DNA from: a virus
IMG/VR virus record: IMGVR_UViG_3300050821_001428
Span: 80,268-144,267 of that record
Direction: 5' to 3' (one strand)
Length of the DNA stretch: 64,000 nt
Numbering within the stretch: position 1 is the stretch's first letter; every line of letters starts with the position of its first letter. A program made the translations under genes and the position numbers. The notes below the pieces were generated by a model. The model was not told the DNA's origin. It did not search any database and was given only the letters and a program-made list of their open reading frames with translations. Shown piece by piece: positions 21,332-32,383 of this stretch.

Positions 21332-21913
21332 TCAAGGTCACTAGCACCAGTAAACAAGATATGTAGAGAACAAGCATCATCTATTATCGATCTGCTAGAA
21401 TGTATTCATATGAACGTAGAATATAAAGCCGTACTGATTTACAATTACTCGGACGGGGGATTCGTGGGCTACGGAATCCAGGGGTTAAATAAACTTCAGA
21501 GTACCAACATTTGGACCGAAGGAGAAGAAGTCGATCTTTTTAATAGGTTGCAAGCCCTAAACGAATCCAACGATATCAAATCATGCTGGCCACATCCTCA
21601 AGATCCGGATGTGGTGTCGCTACTAGACGATCATAACTTCCACCCAATCGAATATACCGTTACTGACGTTATTGATAAGGATCGTTCCACCTTGGTATAT
21701 GAGCAGATTGAAGATCGAGATATAACAGGAATCACAACTGGTAAATTTGTAGACGGAGATATTGATTTGTCCCGCAGCGATGTGGTATATAAATCAATTC
21801 AGATTCCTAAGAATCCATCGGATATGAAGATGCGCCTTCAAGATGCAATGGAAACTATTGCTAGACGTAGGGTTGCGAATAGTCAAGCTAGACGTGCTAG
21901 ACTAGAGATATGA
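21326..21913 (+). CDS. Hypothetical protein (true start probably Met at about 21410)
   Basis: Long ORF coupled to the next gene by an ATAT/GA overlap. Confidence 0.55.
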   Translation: MQSRSLAPVNKICREQASSIIDLLECIHMNVEYKAVLIYNYSDGGFVGYGIQGLNKLQSTNIWTEGEEVDLFNRLQALNESNDIKSCWPHPQDPDVVSLLDDHNFHPIEYTVTDVIDKDRSTLVYEQIEDRDITGITTGKFVDGDIDLSRSDVVYKSIQIPKNPSDMKMRLQDAMETIARRRVANSQARRARLEI

Positions 21914-22698
21914 GCGATTCATTCCTAATAGGTGATGTTCAGGGCCAAGATGCCCTACTTAAGCGACTCTTGATCCAAGAGGGCTTAATGAGCGAGGCCG
22001 GTGAACGGCTCCGTCCAGAAGTCACTGTGATCCAACTCGGTGACCTGGGACATTTTGCAAGATATCATATGGGTAGTGATCGTATCGATCCAGAAAACGA
22101 TGAGGCTTGCTTCAAGCTGCTTGAGGATGGAGTGATCGACTTGATGCTTTGGGGCAATCATGATCGTCCTATCATGTGCCACCTAAGCATAGACAATATC
22201 TTTGGTGGATACCTAGCGCCGTCACTAGATTTCGTTCATAAAGTTCAGGGACTTAGAGCACAGGGTAAGATCAAACTTGCTCAATCTATTGACGGATTCT
22301 TACTAACCCACGCGGGCTTACATTCTCATTGGGAGCATATGGATATCACTGATCCAGAGGATATCGCTGGCATACTAAATTCATATGACGAATTCCACTT
22401 CGATGGCGCATCGTCCGTACATAGAGAGGTCGAACAGTTTATCGACACGATTGGACCAACACGCGGAGGCCGGGACAAATTTGGTGGCATCTTGTGGCGC
22501 GATAATAATGATGAGCCTTTATGGAATGGTGTACGCCAAATCTATGGCCACTCGGCATATGAAACAGTACAGACGCAACCCTCACGAAGTGAGGTTTCAT
22601 ATTGCCTCGATGTGAGTAAATACGATCGTATTGGTGGGATTTGGCTACCAAGCGAAAAGATCGTCACAATCGGGTTAGATGATGTTACCCTCGACTAG
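21910..22698 (+). CDS. Calcineurin-like metallophosphoesterase
   Basis: GDVQG, LGDLG, GNHD, THAG and YGHS motifs. Confidence 0.85.
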   Translation: MSDSFLIGDVQGQDALLKRLLIQEGLMSEAGERLRPEVTVIQLGDLGHFARYHMGSDRIDPENDEACFKLLEDGVIDLMLWGNHDRPIMCHLSIDNIFGGYLAPSLDFVHKVQGLRAQGKIKLAQSIDGFLLTHAGLHSHWEHMDITDPEDIAGILNSYDEFHFDGASSVHREVEQFIDTIGPTRGGRDKFGGILWRDNNDEPLWNGVRQIYGHSAYETVQTQPSRSEVSYCLDVSKYDRIGGIWLPSEKIVTIGLDDVTLD

Positions 22699-22828
22699 AA
22701 TCGTGCTGGTTGTCGTAGCTTGTACATCTTTTGCCTTACTAGGCATTGTAAATCTATTTACTGGCGATACTAATGCAGGTATCGCTAGCATTTTGCTAGC
22801 GATAGCAAATGCTTTATTGCTACTTTAA
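22682..22828 (+). CDS. 48-aa two-TM membrane protein (not in ORF track)
   Basis: Hand translation: MLPSTRIVLVVVACTSFALLGIVNLFTGDTNAGIASILLAIANALLLL*. Fills the gap exactly. Confidence 0.6.
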   Translation: MLPSTRIVLVVVACTSFALLGIVNLFTGDTNAGIASILLAIANALLLL

Positions 22829-23140
22829 CCTATATGGCTGATATAGGTCGTTAGTACGATCTGATGATAACGAGTCTGGGGACCAATACACTTCTGTTAG
22901 CGTATTAGAAGTATCTACTTCCCAATAGTAATCATTTAAATCAGATTGCACCTGTACTTGTTGCCCAGATATATCGGTCGGTTGATATATATACCCCATA
23001 ATAGGATACGTATTGTAACCCGCTTCGATCCCTAAGGTAGTAGTCGTTGTATTTTCGACCACCCATTGTTTTTCAATTGAAATATCAAGGCTAGGTGCTA
23101 CATTCTCTGTAATATTGATATTTGTATTATGAGTAGGCAT
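22820..23140 (-). CDS. Hypothetical (probable virion) protein
   Basis: 106 aa, co-oriented with the fibre genes. Confidence 0.5.
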   Translation of the reverse strand: MPTHNTNINITENVAPSLDISIEKQWVVENTTTTTLGIEAGYNTYPIMGYIYQPTDISGQQVQVQSDLNDYYWEVDTSNTLTEVYWSPDSLSSDRTNDLYQPYRLK

Positions 23141-23149
23141 TGCTAATCG

Positions 23150-23779
23150 TTACTGATTTAAGAATTCCCAAGATAATACAAGGGTATCTCCCTCTGTCAA
23201 CCCAAGTGGAGCAAAATTAGCCTTAGCAAATAGATTACCACCTGTTACAGTAGAAACACCCGGAGGATTTCCTTGGGTAACAGGATCATTAGTAACTAGC
23301 GTAGATAATGCCGTAGTACCCTTCTGTGCCCGCACAACCGTTAGAGTAGTCGTACCCGAACCGGCTGTGACTTGCATAACCTCAGTGCGTATCTGGATAT
23401 ATCCGCCATTTCCGGGGGTTAAAGGAGTATTAGTGACGACTTGAGTACCGCTAAATGATCCAATTACAGTCGATGACGATTGTAGTACACCGACAAGGGG
23501 TACCGTAAATACATCGGAGATACCAGCTTCGGAGATAGTAATAGAACCACTTGGTTGAATCGTACCTGTAATCTTTAGAGTATCATTAGTCGTAACTGTC
23601 GTAACAGCCGATGCAGTGGCTAGAACCCGAGGCCCAGCTTCTTTGAACAAGGCGATATCAGTAGCCGCAGACGTTAGGGCAAGCGGATTACTACCTGAAG
23701 ATAGATAGTAGGAAATTGGACTGCCAGCCATTATGCTGACCGCCATCGACTTTCCTGTATTCGTTAATACATAAGCCAT
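23150..23779 (-). CDS. Virion structural protein (collar/fibre-associated beta protein)
   Basis: VLTNTG..DIALFKE..TNDTLKITGT..ISEAG..F..LGLTEGDTL pattern, with an inserted Thr-rich module. Confidence 0.6.
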   Translation of the reverse strand: MAYVLTNTGKSMAVSIMAGSPISYYLSSGSNPLALTSAATDIALFKEAGPRVLATASAVTTVTTNDTLKITGTIQPSGSITISEAGISDVFTVPLVGVLQSSSTVIGSFSGTQVVTNTPLTPGNGGYIQIRTEVMQVTAGSGTTTLTVVRAQKGTTALSTLVTNDPVTQGNPPGVSTVTGGNLFAKANFAPLGLTEGDTLVLSWEFLNQ

Positions 23780-23787
23780 TACATTTA

Positions 23788-24846
23788 TTATGCCGATGGT
23801 ACTTCATAGAAACCTTGGCCAAATAATGTTTGCAAATGTCTGAAATATTTATCATATTCAGGGCCAATCGCTGCTAGCGAAAATCTTTGTATTGTTTCGG
23901 TACGAAAAATAGTCCGATGAAGAGATGTTAGCTGCTGTGCCTCAGCGACTGCGTTACAGAATGATGCAATCGAATTACAACGCCATTTTGGAGATATGTT
24001 CTCTGCAAATGCCCCCCAATTAGTTGTAATTGCTGGCGTACCCATAAACAAGGATTCAATAGTCACACCGCCAAACGGTTCGATATATAGTGTAGGGGCT
24101 AATAGGGCAATTGCTCCACCCATTAATTTCGAACGTTCCTGAGGTCCGACAACGCCATGATATTCAACCCAATTAGGTAGAGGGTAATTGCCTGACCCAG
24201 CTATATGTAGTGGTAATCCGGTACGTTCAGCTACTTCAAGAACAATTTGTAATCCCTTGCGTTCGATGAGTCTGCCTACATAAAGAAGATAATTACGATC
24301 ATTAGACATGTATTTTGATGGAAATTCGCACTTATCGAAATAGTTCGGGATTACCGTATCATAAAAACGTCCATTCAGATCATGGGCATCATTGATTTGA
24401 CTTCCATAAACCGAATGCATCCAAGCAAAAGATTCAAATACATGGTGTGTATCCGGAATAATCCCCGAATATCCAATGCCGAATTCGCAAACTATATGAT
24501 TAGGAAATGCTTCCTTAATTGGTAGCTGCGCCCGTCCACCAATAAGACAGATGATATCGTGTTGTTCGATGCGATCTTTAATCAACATGATAGATTTATC
24601 ATTAAAGCGTTTGAAAATACGGTTATCGGGATTAAATTCGGGTATAAATCCATCGAGATATTTCTCATCGGTAACGGCTAGGTATTCCGTGCATCTAGCT
24701 TCGTTTTCAACACCGGCATAAAGGTAAACTTCATGCCCTTGGTCCATCATCATGTCACAGAATTTCTTGACTTTTTGTGTATACGCGCACCATGAATATT
24801 CAGCAGTAGTGCAAGTATGAGGTAAGCTAGGGATATGAAGGCGCAT
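23788..24846 (-). CDS. Glycosyltransferase, GT-B / family 4-like
   Basis: LLYVGRLIERKG...LHIAG...PTLYIEPFGGVTIESLFMGTPAITTNWGAFAE contains the EX7E motif. Confidence 0.9.
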   Translation of the reverse strand: MRLHIPSLPHTCTTAEYSWCAYTQKVKKFCDMMMDQGHEVYLYAGVENEARCTEYLAVTDEKYLDGFIPEFNPDNRIFKRFNDKSIMLIKDRIEQHDIICLIGGRAQLPIKEAFPNHIVCEFGIGYSGIIPDTHHVFESFAWMHSVYGSQINDAHDLNGRFYDTVIPNYFDKCEFPSKYMSNDRNYLLYVGRLIERKGLQIVLEVAERTGLPLHIAGSGNYPLPNWVEYHGVVGPQERSKLMGGAIALLAPTLYIEPFGGVTIESLFMGTPAITTNWGAFAENISPKWRCNSIASFCNAVAEAQQLTSLHRTIFRTETIQRFSLAAIGPEYDKYFRHLQTLFGQGFYEVPSA

Positions 24847-24853
24847 AGCTTAT

Positions 24854-24862
24854 ATTATATCA
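24854..24862 (-). promoter_or_regulatory. Extended -10 promoter, leaderless start of the glycosyltransferase
   Basis: Minus-strand TGaTATAAT, 7 nt before the ATG at 24846. Confidence 0.65.
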
Positions 24863-24948
24863 TACTAAAAGAAAAATCCACCGGGATCGAATCGAACCTA
24901 CTGATTAGCGATACGCCGTAGTGCCGCGCGATTTGTTGCGACTAGGTA

Positions 24949-27900
24949 TTATGAGAGGGCAGTCCAATATGGGACCGATGTGGCCACAAATGCGGCTAGG
25001 TTTGCTGGCATCGAGGTGGTCCGGCCTGTGTCGGCTGAGGCGAAGCGCGAGTTTGCGAGCGACAGTCCTGCGTTTGGGGTGCCTACGGAAGTCGTTCCGA
25101 CCTTGAATGTCGGGAGTGTGGTTCCGTTGGCGAAGAATGCGACGATATATAGGCCGGACGTGAGGTTCGTCTGTTGCGTGGTGAGCGCCATTGTTTGCAA
25201 GCCGCCGGAAGACCAGTTTGTCGATTGGTCAGCGGTCGCGGACAGCAAGGTGCCGGAGGGGCTGTAGAGCGCCGCGAAACACTGCCCTGCTGTAAGTCCC
25301 GATCCTGCGCCGTTGATGGCCAAGAGGATGTTACTCACAGTTGTCGCAGCGGGAACCTTCACCTTCATGCAGTACACGGTTCCCGCTGCGGGCGGAACCT
25401 GTGATGCGTTGTAGGAAGCGGGATCTCCTGTCCACGTAATCAGTCCTTGGTCAGATGCACACCACAACGCGCTTGTGCTTACCACCGATGGCGGTAGCTC
25501 GGCTGTCTTCAATAAGCCCCCAGCATCTAGTCCAGCGTACCCGTTAGCTACATCTTTCTGGGAAGTCTGTTGGATACTTGACGGCGCATAAGTGAACTGG
25601 GAGAATGTTACGGCGTCTGTACCAACAGTATTAACTGTGGAAGTGACAACCCAACTTGTAGAGGCGTTTGCAGTACCGTTAATTACAGGGATCGCGCCCG
25701 TGTTATTGATATCTGATGGTTGATCGAAATCAAGAACCCTGGTTAAGATATAAGGCAGAATCCCAGTACCAAGCTGCGTGATGTTATAGATGCCATTCTG
25801 GAATGCAGAAGCCTGGTTCTTTACAAGCAATCGCTGATTCAGAGTAGGTGTATACCCATCTATTGTAAGTACAGCATTAGCCCCAGCCGTCAGTGTAGCT
25901 CCTATACCTGCTGCACCATTTGAGTAAGTTGGCGTATTAGGCAACACTCCTGTCGTGGCAGCTTGGACCGCGACGGCGGGGTTCACTCCAGCAATAGCGT
26001 TATTAACAGCAGTAGTTACAAAAGCATCGGTGGCTATCTTAGTAGAGTTATCGCCAGCGGTTTGCGTAGGAGCAGTGGGCGAGCCTGTTAATGCTGGTGA
26101 AGCTGAAGGAGCAGCACCTGTAATTTGGGCTACTGTATAGTCGCCAGTAGTAGCTACTACTGTACCCGAACGGCCAAAGACCGATGATACTGTACCAGCA
26201 GCCTGTTGCCATTCGGTACCATCATAAATTAATGAGACAACGGTAGTTGTATTAGCTACGACTGGAACCGCAGAAGTGATATTATAGCTAGTGCCCCATG
26301 TGACTGCATATGGAGTAGACCCCTGCTGAATAATAAAGGTCATTCGCATTCCCTGATATAACCAAGTACCAGAAGTAAATACGCCACCGCTGTAGGCATT
26401 GGCAATAGTAGTTGCGCCAGTTAAATAAAGCTCACTTGTGGCACCATAATACGGATTTGGATTATAAGTCCCAGAAACTCCACCATTAGCTTGGTTGCTC
26501 CAAGGACTGTACCCATAACCTTGTTGGTTGAAACTAAGATCAAGACCTGCTGGTGCCGCAGACGTAGCAGTAAGAGGAGGCATAAGCGTCGTGCCATTAT
26601 TGAGCGTCCCAAAGTATTGTAGGTCAATCTTACCATTTGCATTTACACTATTTAGGTGTAATGCAGCAGCCTGCTTATTAAGATTCGCGCCGCGGTCCCA
26701 GGAGACGCTGCCGGTGATCGAGAACGCGGGGTTGTTGCCGGTGCCGTCGACGTCGAAGCCGGCGTAGGACCCGACTGGTGTTCCGCCTGTGGTGCCGTTG
26801 GCGGTGCCGTTGTTGTTGTTGGAGTCGGCGACGCAGCTGGCGAGGCTGATGCCGCCGGTGCTGCGGATGTAGAACCCGGAGCGGCCGCAGTCCTGCGCGA
26901 TGCAGCTCGCGAGGGTTGAGAGTGATGCCCAGTTGCCGGCGGGGTCGGTGGTCCGGAATCCGTTCCCGAAGCCGTTGGCGTAGCTGTAGGTGATGCCGCT
27001 TCCGCCGTCCCATGGGTTTGGTGGGGAGCTGACGGTCTTCGCTACCGCGTTCTGGCCGGCGCTGTTGCCGCTGGTCAGCGCGGTGCCGCAGAACCAGGCT
27101 TTGCAGTTCGCGACGGTAACGGAGTCGCCGATGATGAACCCGTCGAGGCCGTTGGGTCCGACGTCGCACCCGCTGAGGTGGTCGTCTTGGCTGGTGATGA
27201 TCCCGAACCCTTGGCAGCGGAACGCCTGACAGTCGGTGATCGCGCACACGCCGTTGCCCCAGGAGACGATCCCGTCACCGGTGAAGTTCTGCACCACCAC
27301 ATTATTGATTTCATGTCGTGCGTCAAGGTACTCGTAACCGCTTGAAGGACTAGGGTTTTGAAATACAATTCCACAATTATAAAAGCTTGTACCAGTAACT
27401 CCAGAACCATCAATAAGCATATCTCTAACACCGCACATTGAGGCGCTTGTGCCGCTAACTCCTTCATTTTGTTCATTAGTGATGAAATTAGCATACTGTG
27501 TCCCACTGTTCATGTATAAACGCGTAGCACCAGCGCCAGCGCCAGCCAGAGTCACACGTTCTGGAAGTACGATTCCTGCATTGCAGTACCAATCACCATA
27601 AGGAATAAATACAGTTCCAGACTGTCCTGTAATCGTGCTAGGGGTAACGGCGGCGATAGCATTGGTGATAGCCGTAGTGACATTAGCACCTCTAACAGCG
27701 CCATAGTCCATAATATTAGCATATAGAGATGTATGAGAAGTCAACAATCGCGCATACCACTTGCTCTCAGAAGGCAAGTACGTCATCTGAACATGATCTA
27801 GTGCATTATTTACCGTCGATAATGTTGGGTTATTTTCCCATACAACATTAGATGGCCATGTCGCAGTCCCGGCGGCTCCAGATGAAGGCTGCGTAATATA

Positions 27901-30276
27901 GAGATCAATCTTGGCAGCCAGCCCAGTTGGCGCGTTATTAAATGTTAATGTTGTATTTCCATTTCCAAGCTGAAAAGATGTGATGTCCCCATCAAAGTAG
28001 ATATTACCTAGATATAAATTTCCTCCAGATCCACCCCCGGTTAATGTTCCTAACTCGGTATAGAGGGAAGTTAAGCCTGCCTGAGCCATCTGCGAGTGCC
28101 CTACCGTTGGCAATGAAATAAATCCAGAAAAGGTTAAGTTATTTGAAATAAGAAGATTAACCGGATTCTGCCAGTCAAGGTGAAAGATTAGGCGTCCATT
28201 AGCATAAATCCCTGAGGTTCCTGACCCCATAGAAATTGGAATAGCTGCCTTAGTGATAGGTGAAGCTGTTCCTGTTTCAAAAGTGATATCTAATGTACTG
28301 TCATCAATAATCGAACCACCGCTACCGGTAACGTCCATCCCAATAGCATAACTGGTATTAGTACCACTCGACGCTATATTGAAATTACCTCGTCCCTTAA
28401 TCTCGCAACCATAAAGACTTGCGCTATTCTGGAGAGAGATACCATTTTGATTTGCACCAGCTACAATAATAAAATCATAGTTGCTGTAATCCCAACTAGA
28501 TGTATCAAAGGTAACAGCATTACCATTGCTTATGAGGCTAATGCTGGTCCATTCACCCTGTTCACTGTACCCGCTAACATTCTTCAATAAGGCTCCTGTG
28601 CCAGCAAAACCATATATTGATATGTCATTATTACGGGCGGCCGTCATATCGCCAAAATAGAAACCTACTGGCGTACCGCTGGCACTATAACCTAGAATAC
28701 TATATCCACCAAATCGCCCTGCGTGTCCGCTAGGGTTCCATGTTCCAGGTAGAGCCTTAATCGCTATTCCACTACCAACATAGTTAATAGTTGTATGAGG
28801 TGATCCTTGCCCGATAATACCCTGATTATATCCAAATGATAGAATATCCCCAGTAGTACCCCATTTATATATTCCCTCTCCCAGAACAATCAGGTATCCG
28901 TTACTTCCTTGGGCAGTCTGTAGTGAACGGATAAGTGTTGTTTGATCTGTAGTTCCTGTAGGATCGCCACCATGAGCATCGAGATAAATCAGGTTTAGAC
29001 TAGGACCAACTGGCCCAGTAGCACCGGTTGGTCCCGTAACTCCAGCGGCTCCCGCCGTACCCGTTGGGCCTGTTGATCCTGTTATACCCACTAAACCGGC
29101 CAGCGAGAATTGCCAGGTAGAAATTGTACCGGCACCGTTCACATTTGTACTAGTTACCGTTATAACACTGCCAGCTATACTTGTGATGACACCTTCAATC
29201 CAGTTGGTTGTGCTAGCCGTGTTGATAACGCGAACACGGTCGCCAACAATATAAGCCCCGACACCGGATACGGTGAATGCGGGGGTAGCAGCACCAATAG
29301 TAATAGTAGTAGTACTTGTAGTATTACCATATCCTAAGCCATTAGCTCCGGTAGCTCCCGTTGGTCCCGTTGGTCCTGTGACACCTGTCGGACCAGTTGG
29401 TCCTGTAAGACCTTGAATACCCTGAGGTCCGGTAGCTCCAGTAGCACCGGTTGGTCCCGTAACTCCAGCTTGTCCAGCAGCATACACGTATCCCGAGTTG
29501 TCTGACCAAACTATAATTCCTTGATTTGGCTGTAGCGTAAGATTACTATTTAATCCGTTTAGAGGTAATCCGTTAGGATTTACAGTCAATGACGAATTGT
29601 GGATATTAATGATGGTGACTAGCCAAGGTGGAGATGGCGAGACAGATGGGAGAATAGCGTCTAGATTAGTGCCATTAAAAACAAATTCAGTACCATTATC
29701 GGAGTCGAGAATCGTATAGCTAACGGTCTTCGTAATCGCACTACCAAATCCTAAACCGCTATCTCCTGTCACACCTGTAGGCCCGGTTGAACCAGAAGGT
29801 CCGGCAACGCCCGTAGGTCCAGTGGAACCGCTCGGTCCAGTTAGACCTTGAATACCTGTAGGCCCGGTTGAACCGCTCGGGCCGGTAACACCGGTTGGAC
29901 CTGTGGCACCCGAAGCGCCAGAAGCGCCAGAAGGTCCGGCGATACCTGTCGCACCGGTTGGACCTGTAACACCAGTAGCACCTGTGGGTCCACTGACACC
30001 TGTAGGGCCGCTAGCACCTGTAGGACCGGTTACACCTGATGGTCCGGTTGGGCCACCTGATGGTCCGGTTGGGCCTGATGGACCTGTTGGTCCTGTGGCA
30101 CCGGGGGAGCCAATCTGATAAGGCAGGCTGCTATAAACGGTAACACCGTCACCAATCTTCCATTTATGTGTATCCCATTCAACCCCCGGTTCGCCTTCAG
30201 CGAGCACAGGATTGACAGTCGCCCAATTAGCAGCGGTGTCATTACGTAATTGAATACGAATTAGCTCATCGGTCAT
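24949..30276 (-). CDS. Long fibre/tailspike protein: hyaluronidase/Mtd-N-like anchor, collagen repeats, two pectate-lyase-like beta-helix regions
   Basis: 1775 aa. [31 protein letters not shown], then (GPT/GAT)n, then [28 protein letters not shown], then parallel beta-helix repeats. Confidence 0.85.
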   Translation of the reverse strand: MTDELIRIQLRNDTAANWATVNPVLAEGEPGVEWDTHKWKIGDGVTVYSSLPYQIGSPGATGPTGPSGPTGPSGGPTGPSGVTGPTGASGPTGVSGPTGATGVTGPTGATGIAGPSGASGASGATGPTGVTGPSGSTGPTGIQGLTGPSGSTGPTGVAGPSGSTGPTGVTGDSGLGFGSAITKTVSYTILDSDNGTEFVFNGTNLDAILPSVSPSPPWLVTIINIHNSSLTVNPNGLPLNGLNSNLTLQPNQGIIVWSDNSGYVYAAGQAGVTGPTGATGATGPQGIQGLTGPTGPTGVTGPTGPTGATGANGLGYGNTTSTTTITIGAATPAFTVSGVGAYIVGDRVRVINTASTTNWIEGVITSIAGSVITVTSTNVNGAGTISTWQFSLAGLVGITGSTGPTGTAGAAGVTGPTGATGPVGPSLNLIYLDAHGGDPTGTTDQTTLIRSLQTAQGSNGYLIVLGEGIYKWGTTGDILSFGYNQGIIGQGSPHTTINYVGSGIAIKALPGTWNPSGHAGRFGGYSILGYSASGTPVGFYFGDMTAARNNDISIYGFAGTGALLKNVSGYSEQGEWTSISLISNGNAVTFDTSSWDYSNYDFIIVAGANQNGISLQNSASLYGCEIKGRGNFNIASSGTNTSYAIGMDVTGSGGSIIDDSTLDITFETGTASPITKAAIPISMGSGTSGIYANGRLIFHLDWQNPVNLLISNNLTFSGFISLPTVGHSQMAQAGLTSLYTELGTLTGGGSGGNLYLGNIYFDGDITSFQLGNGNTTLTFNNAPTGLAAKIDLYITQPSSGAAGTATWPSNVVWENNPTLSTVNNALDHVQMTYLPSESKWYARLLTSHTSLYANIMDYGAVRGANVTTAITNAIAAVTPSTITGQSGTVFIPYGDWYCNAGIVLPERVTLAGAGAGATRLYMNSGTQYANFITNEQNEGVSGTSASMCGVRDMLIDGSGVTGTSFYNCGIVFQNPSPSSGYEYLDARHEINNVVVQNFTGDGIVSWGNGVCAITDCQAFRCQGFGIITSQDDHLSGCDVGPNGLDGFIIGDSVTVANCKAWFCGTALTSGNSAGQNAVAKTVSSPPNPWDGGSGITYSYANGFGNGFRTTDPAGNWASLSTLASCIAQDCGRSGFYIRSTGGISLASCVADSNNNNGTANGTTGGTPVGSYAGFDVDGTGNNPAFSITGSVSWDRGANLNKQAAALHLNSVNANGKIDLQYFGTLNNGTTLMPPLTATSAAPAGLDLSFNQQGYGYSPWSNQANGGVSGTYNPNPYYGATSELYLTGATTIANAYSGGVFTSGTWLYQGMRMTFIIQQGSTPYAVTWGTSYNITSAVPVVANTTTVVSLIYDGTEWQQAAGTVSSVFGRSGTVVATTGDYTVAQITGAAPSASPALTGSPTAPTQTAGDNSTKIATDAFVTTAVNNAIAGVNPAVAVQAATTGVLPNTPTYSNGAAGIGATLTAGANAVLTIDGYTPTLNQRLLVKNQASAFQNGIYNITQLGTGILPYILTRVLDFDQPSDINNTGAIPVINGTANASTSWVVTSTVNTVGTDAVTFSQFTYAPSSIQQTSQKDVANGYAGLDAGGLLKTAELPPSVVSTSALWCASDQGLITWTGDPASYNASQVPPAAGTVYCMKVKVPAATTVSNILLAINGAGSGLTAGQCFAALYSPSGTLLSATADQSTNWSSGGLQTMALTTQQTNLTSGLYIVAFFANGTTLPTFKVGTTSVGTPNAGLSLANSRFASADTGRTTSMPANLAAFVATSVPYWTALS
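29760..30110 (-). repeat. Collagen-like Gly-X-Thr/Ser triplet repeats (further blocks at about 29340-29470 and 29000-29100)
   Basis: [13 protein letters not shown]...[10 protein letters not shown] in translation, with 9-nt degenerate DNA repeats. Confidence 0.9.
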
Positions 30277-30731
30277 GCGCCGCCGCCGTTAAGGTCGGTA
30301 TTAAAAATTGAGAATGCATTACCACCATTTATTACATTAGTGGGCGGGGGATTTCCTATATATAATTCGGTATTAGCATTGATAATTGAGCCAAATAACA
30401 ATGGTACAGAGGTTGCCTCAGGCGGGGTCACTAGGAATTGATAATTAGCTGGGCCTAGAAGCGCTGTTGTATCGTTAGCAATTAGTATTAAATCGATAAT
30501 ACCATTAGTAGGATCGACACCATCGCCACCAAAGAAGATACCACTGTGACCTGTGGTGCCTAAATGATATGTAATTACCGCGCCATTAGTGTCGGTGACA
30601 ATCCATTGTGCCGTATAGTTAGTGAGGTCTACGGGATTGGTCGAACCGGATGGACCTTGAATATATTGAAAGCGGAAATCAAATAGTACACCGGGTATGT
30701 ATTTTAATAGGTGGTTGGCGGGCAGGATCAT
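30273..30731 (-). CDS. Fibre-associated Ig-like virion protein
   Basis: [33 protein letters not shown]. Overlaps the fibre start codon. Confidence 0.6.
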   Translation of the reverse strand: MILPANHLLKYIPGVLFDFRFQYIQGPSGSTNPVDLTNYTAQWIVTDTNGAVITYHLGTTGHSGIFFGGDGVDPTNGIIDLILIANDTTALLGPANYQFLVTPPEATSVPLLFGSIINANTELYIGNPPPTNVINGGNAFSIFNTDLNGGGA

Positions 30732-30752
30732 TACTACCTATTAAAACCAAAG

Positions 30753-30777
30753 AAAGCGGCTATTTAGTAGCCGCTTT
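30753..30777 (-). terminator. Rho-independent terminator
   Basis: AAAGCGGCTA-tttag-TAGCCGCTTT hairpin, followed on the minus strand by a T-rich run. Confidence 0.7.
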
Positions 30778-30861
30778 GATTGGTTCTATTTTTTCTACAG
30801 TTCCGTCCTTACGAATGACCTGTATCTTGAGTGTGGCCGTTACTGGCCGTTTGATTTCCAT
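30760..30861 (-). CDS. 33-aa small protein (not in ORF track)
   Basis: MEIKRPVTATLKIQVIRKDGTVEKIEPIKAATK*. The ATG immediately follows the upstream TAA. Confidence 0.55.
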   Translation of the reverse strand: MEIKRPVTATLKIQVIRKDGTVEKIEPIKAATK

Positions 30862-31344
30862 TTATACGCGGTGTACATGCCCCTCGGCTACTGGCGACTG
30901 ATGATTCTTGAATCGGTCAGCCCACTCCTGAGTCGTGTTAACTGCCTCAGCAACAGCATCTTTAGCATCGACAACGGCCTGATCAGCAACTTCCGCAGCA
31001 ACTTCTGTTACATCCTTGACAGCTTCGCCAGTTAACACGGTGGCGTCGGCCTGTGCTTCTGTTACAATAGCTCCCGGGTTACCTTCTGTAATATCAGCAG
31101 GGGCACCTACGGCAATAGTCTCTGCATCCTTGACAGCTTCATCGGCAACCTTAGTTGCATCAGTTTCGACCGTCTTAACGTCAGCCTCAACCTGTGGCTT
31201 AACGTCCTTAGCAACCTTTGCTACTACAGCCTTTGCATCAGTTTCGACCGCTGCACCAACCTTTTCTACTTCAGTTTCTACTTTCTTGACTTCAGTTTCG
31301 ATAGCCGCTTCAACAGCCTGTATATCTTTCTTTACATTTGCCAT
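30862..31344 (-). CDS. Ala/Val/Glu/Lys-rich repetitive helical protein
   Basis: 160 aa with repeats such as VETEVEKV and VETDAK. AAGGA RBS. Confidence 0.65.
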   Translation of the reverse strand: MANVKKDIQAVEAAIETEVKKVETEVEKVGAAVETDAKAVVAKVAKDVKPQVEADVKTVETDATKVADEAVKDAETIAVGAPADITEGNPGAIVTEAQADATVLTGEAVKDVTEVAAEVADQAVVDAKDAVAEAVNTTQEWADRFKNHQSPVAEGHVHRV

Positions 31345-31405
31345 ATTGATTCCTTAAATTAGTGAATATTTCACTTATTACCTTGATGAATATAATCCTT
31401 ATTAA

Positions 31406-32383
31406 CTACGTACGTTGCGTAGGTGCAACCGTTACGGTCATATTTCCCAAACCAGCGGCTGGGCCTTCAAGACCCTTACGACGCGCAATATCATCCTGAA
31501 TACGGTTGATCGCTAGAGGATCAAACGAGATAGAAGCTGGGTTACCTCCGGTCGGGATAAACTGAGAAGATGATTGATCTGACTGATTTCCTCTGTTTAG
31601 TCCTGCGCCAAGATTGCCAGCACGGTTGAATTGCTTATCGTCTACACGACCCTGCTGAACGCTCTGATCAATCGTCGCAACGGTAATACCCTGAGAGTTG
31701 TACTCAGCTTCAATCTTGATAACCGGATTCTCTGCTACATTACGTCCATTATCGCGGAGTATCTTATACTCATTGCTGAGGATCTGGGTCGGTGTATGAA
31801 CACGGGTATTCATATTACGAGTTTGCTTCTCGATAATAATCTGAGCTTCACCGGCGGGGATTACTTCGATAAATCCCATGTTTAGGTTAGTTATTAGAAC
31901 CGTGTCAAGTGCATCTTCTTCTCTGATCGGGTGCATATCACCAGGAACGCCCCTCGGCTTTAGTTCAATACGGCGAGGGCGATGATTACTATTCCCTTGC
32001 TGACTATCTAGGCGCAAGTTAAATGGGTTATTCATCATATTACGGATATAAGCTGGCCCGGTTGCATTAAGATGGGCGACACGCTCATTTAGCTTGTCTT
32101 GCGCCGACTGAATTGCAGCTTCCTGCTCTTCGATCTGCTTCGATTGAACATTAGTAATCCAATCTTCAACAGGGATACGAATAGGATCAGGAATCGGAGC
32201 ACCGACATTCTTCAGAGTCCAGTAGCTATCTACTAGAGCTTGACGATGGGATGCATCTTCTGGTAATGAGATTTCGTAGCCTACAGGTTCGACCTGAGGT
32301 TCTATAGCCTTGGGCTTAGAGGTACGCGGGGTAGTAGTTTTACGCTGCGTTGTCTTTGTGGCAGCAGTAGTGGGAGTAGCCAT
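31406..32383 (-). CDS. Conserved-looking head-associated protein of unknown function
   Basis: 325 aa, co-oriented with the capsid operon. YIRN..FNLRL...IELKPRG.PGD core. Confidence 0.55.
   Translation of the reverse strand: MATPTTAATKTTQRKTTTPRTSKPKAIEPQVEPVGYEISLPEDASHRQALVDSYWTLKNVGAPIPDPIRIPVEDWITNVQSKQIEEQEAAIQSAQDKLNERVAHLNATGPAYIRNMMNNPFNLRLDSQQGNSNHRPRRIELKPRGVPGDMHPIREEDALDTVLITNLNMGFIEVIPAGEAQIIIEKQTRNMNTRVHTPTQILSNEYKILRDNGRNVAENPVIKIEAEYNSQGITVATIDQSVQQGRVDDKQFNRAGNLGAGLNRGNQSDQSSSQFIPTGGNPASISFDPLAINRIQDDIARRKGLEGPAAGLGNMTVTVAPTQRT

Noticed and set aside
26678-27506. Arg-rich 189-aa and other alternative-frame ORFs inside the fibre
   Set aside because: By-products of the high-GC patch (few stops in alternative frames). 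No RBS, and composition is not protein-like.
29000-30110. CRISPR-like or tandem DNA repeat array
   Set aside because: The repeats are degenerate 9-nt collagen codons within a CDS, with no constant repeat-spacer structure.
24949-30276. Diversity-generating retroelement targeting the fibre (Mtd-like N-terminus)
   Set aside because: No reverse transcriptase and no template/variable repeat pair differing at adenines was seen in the window. The N-terminal domain is a generic anchor.
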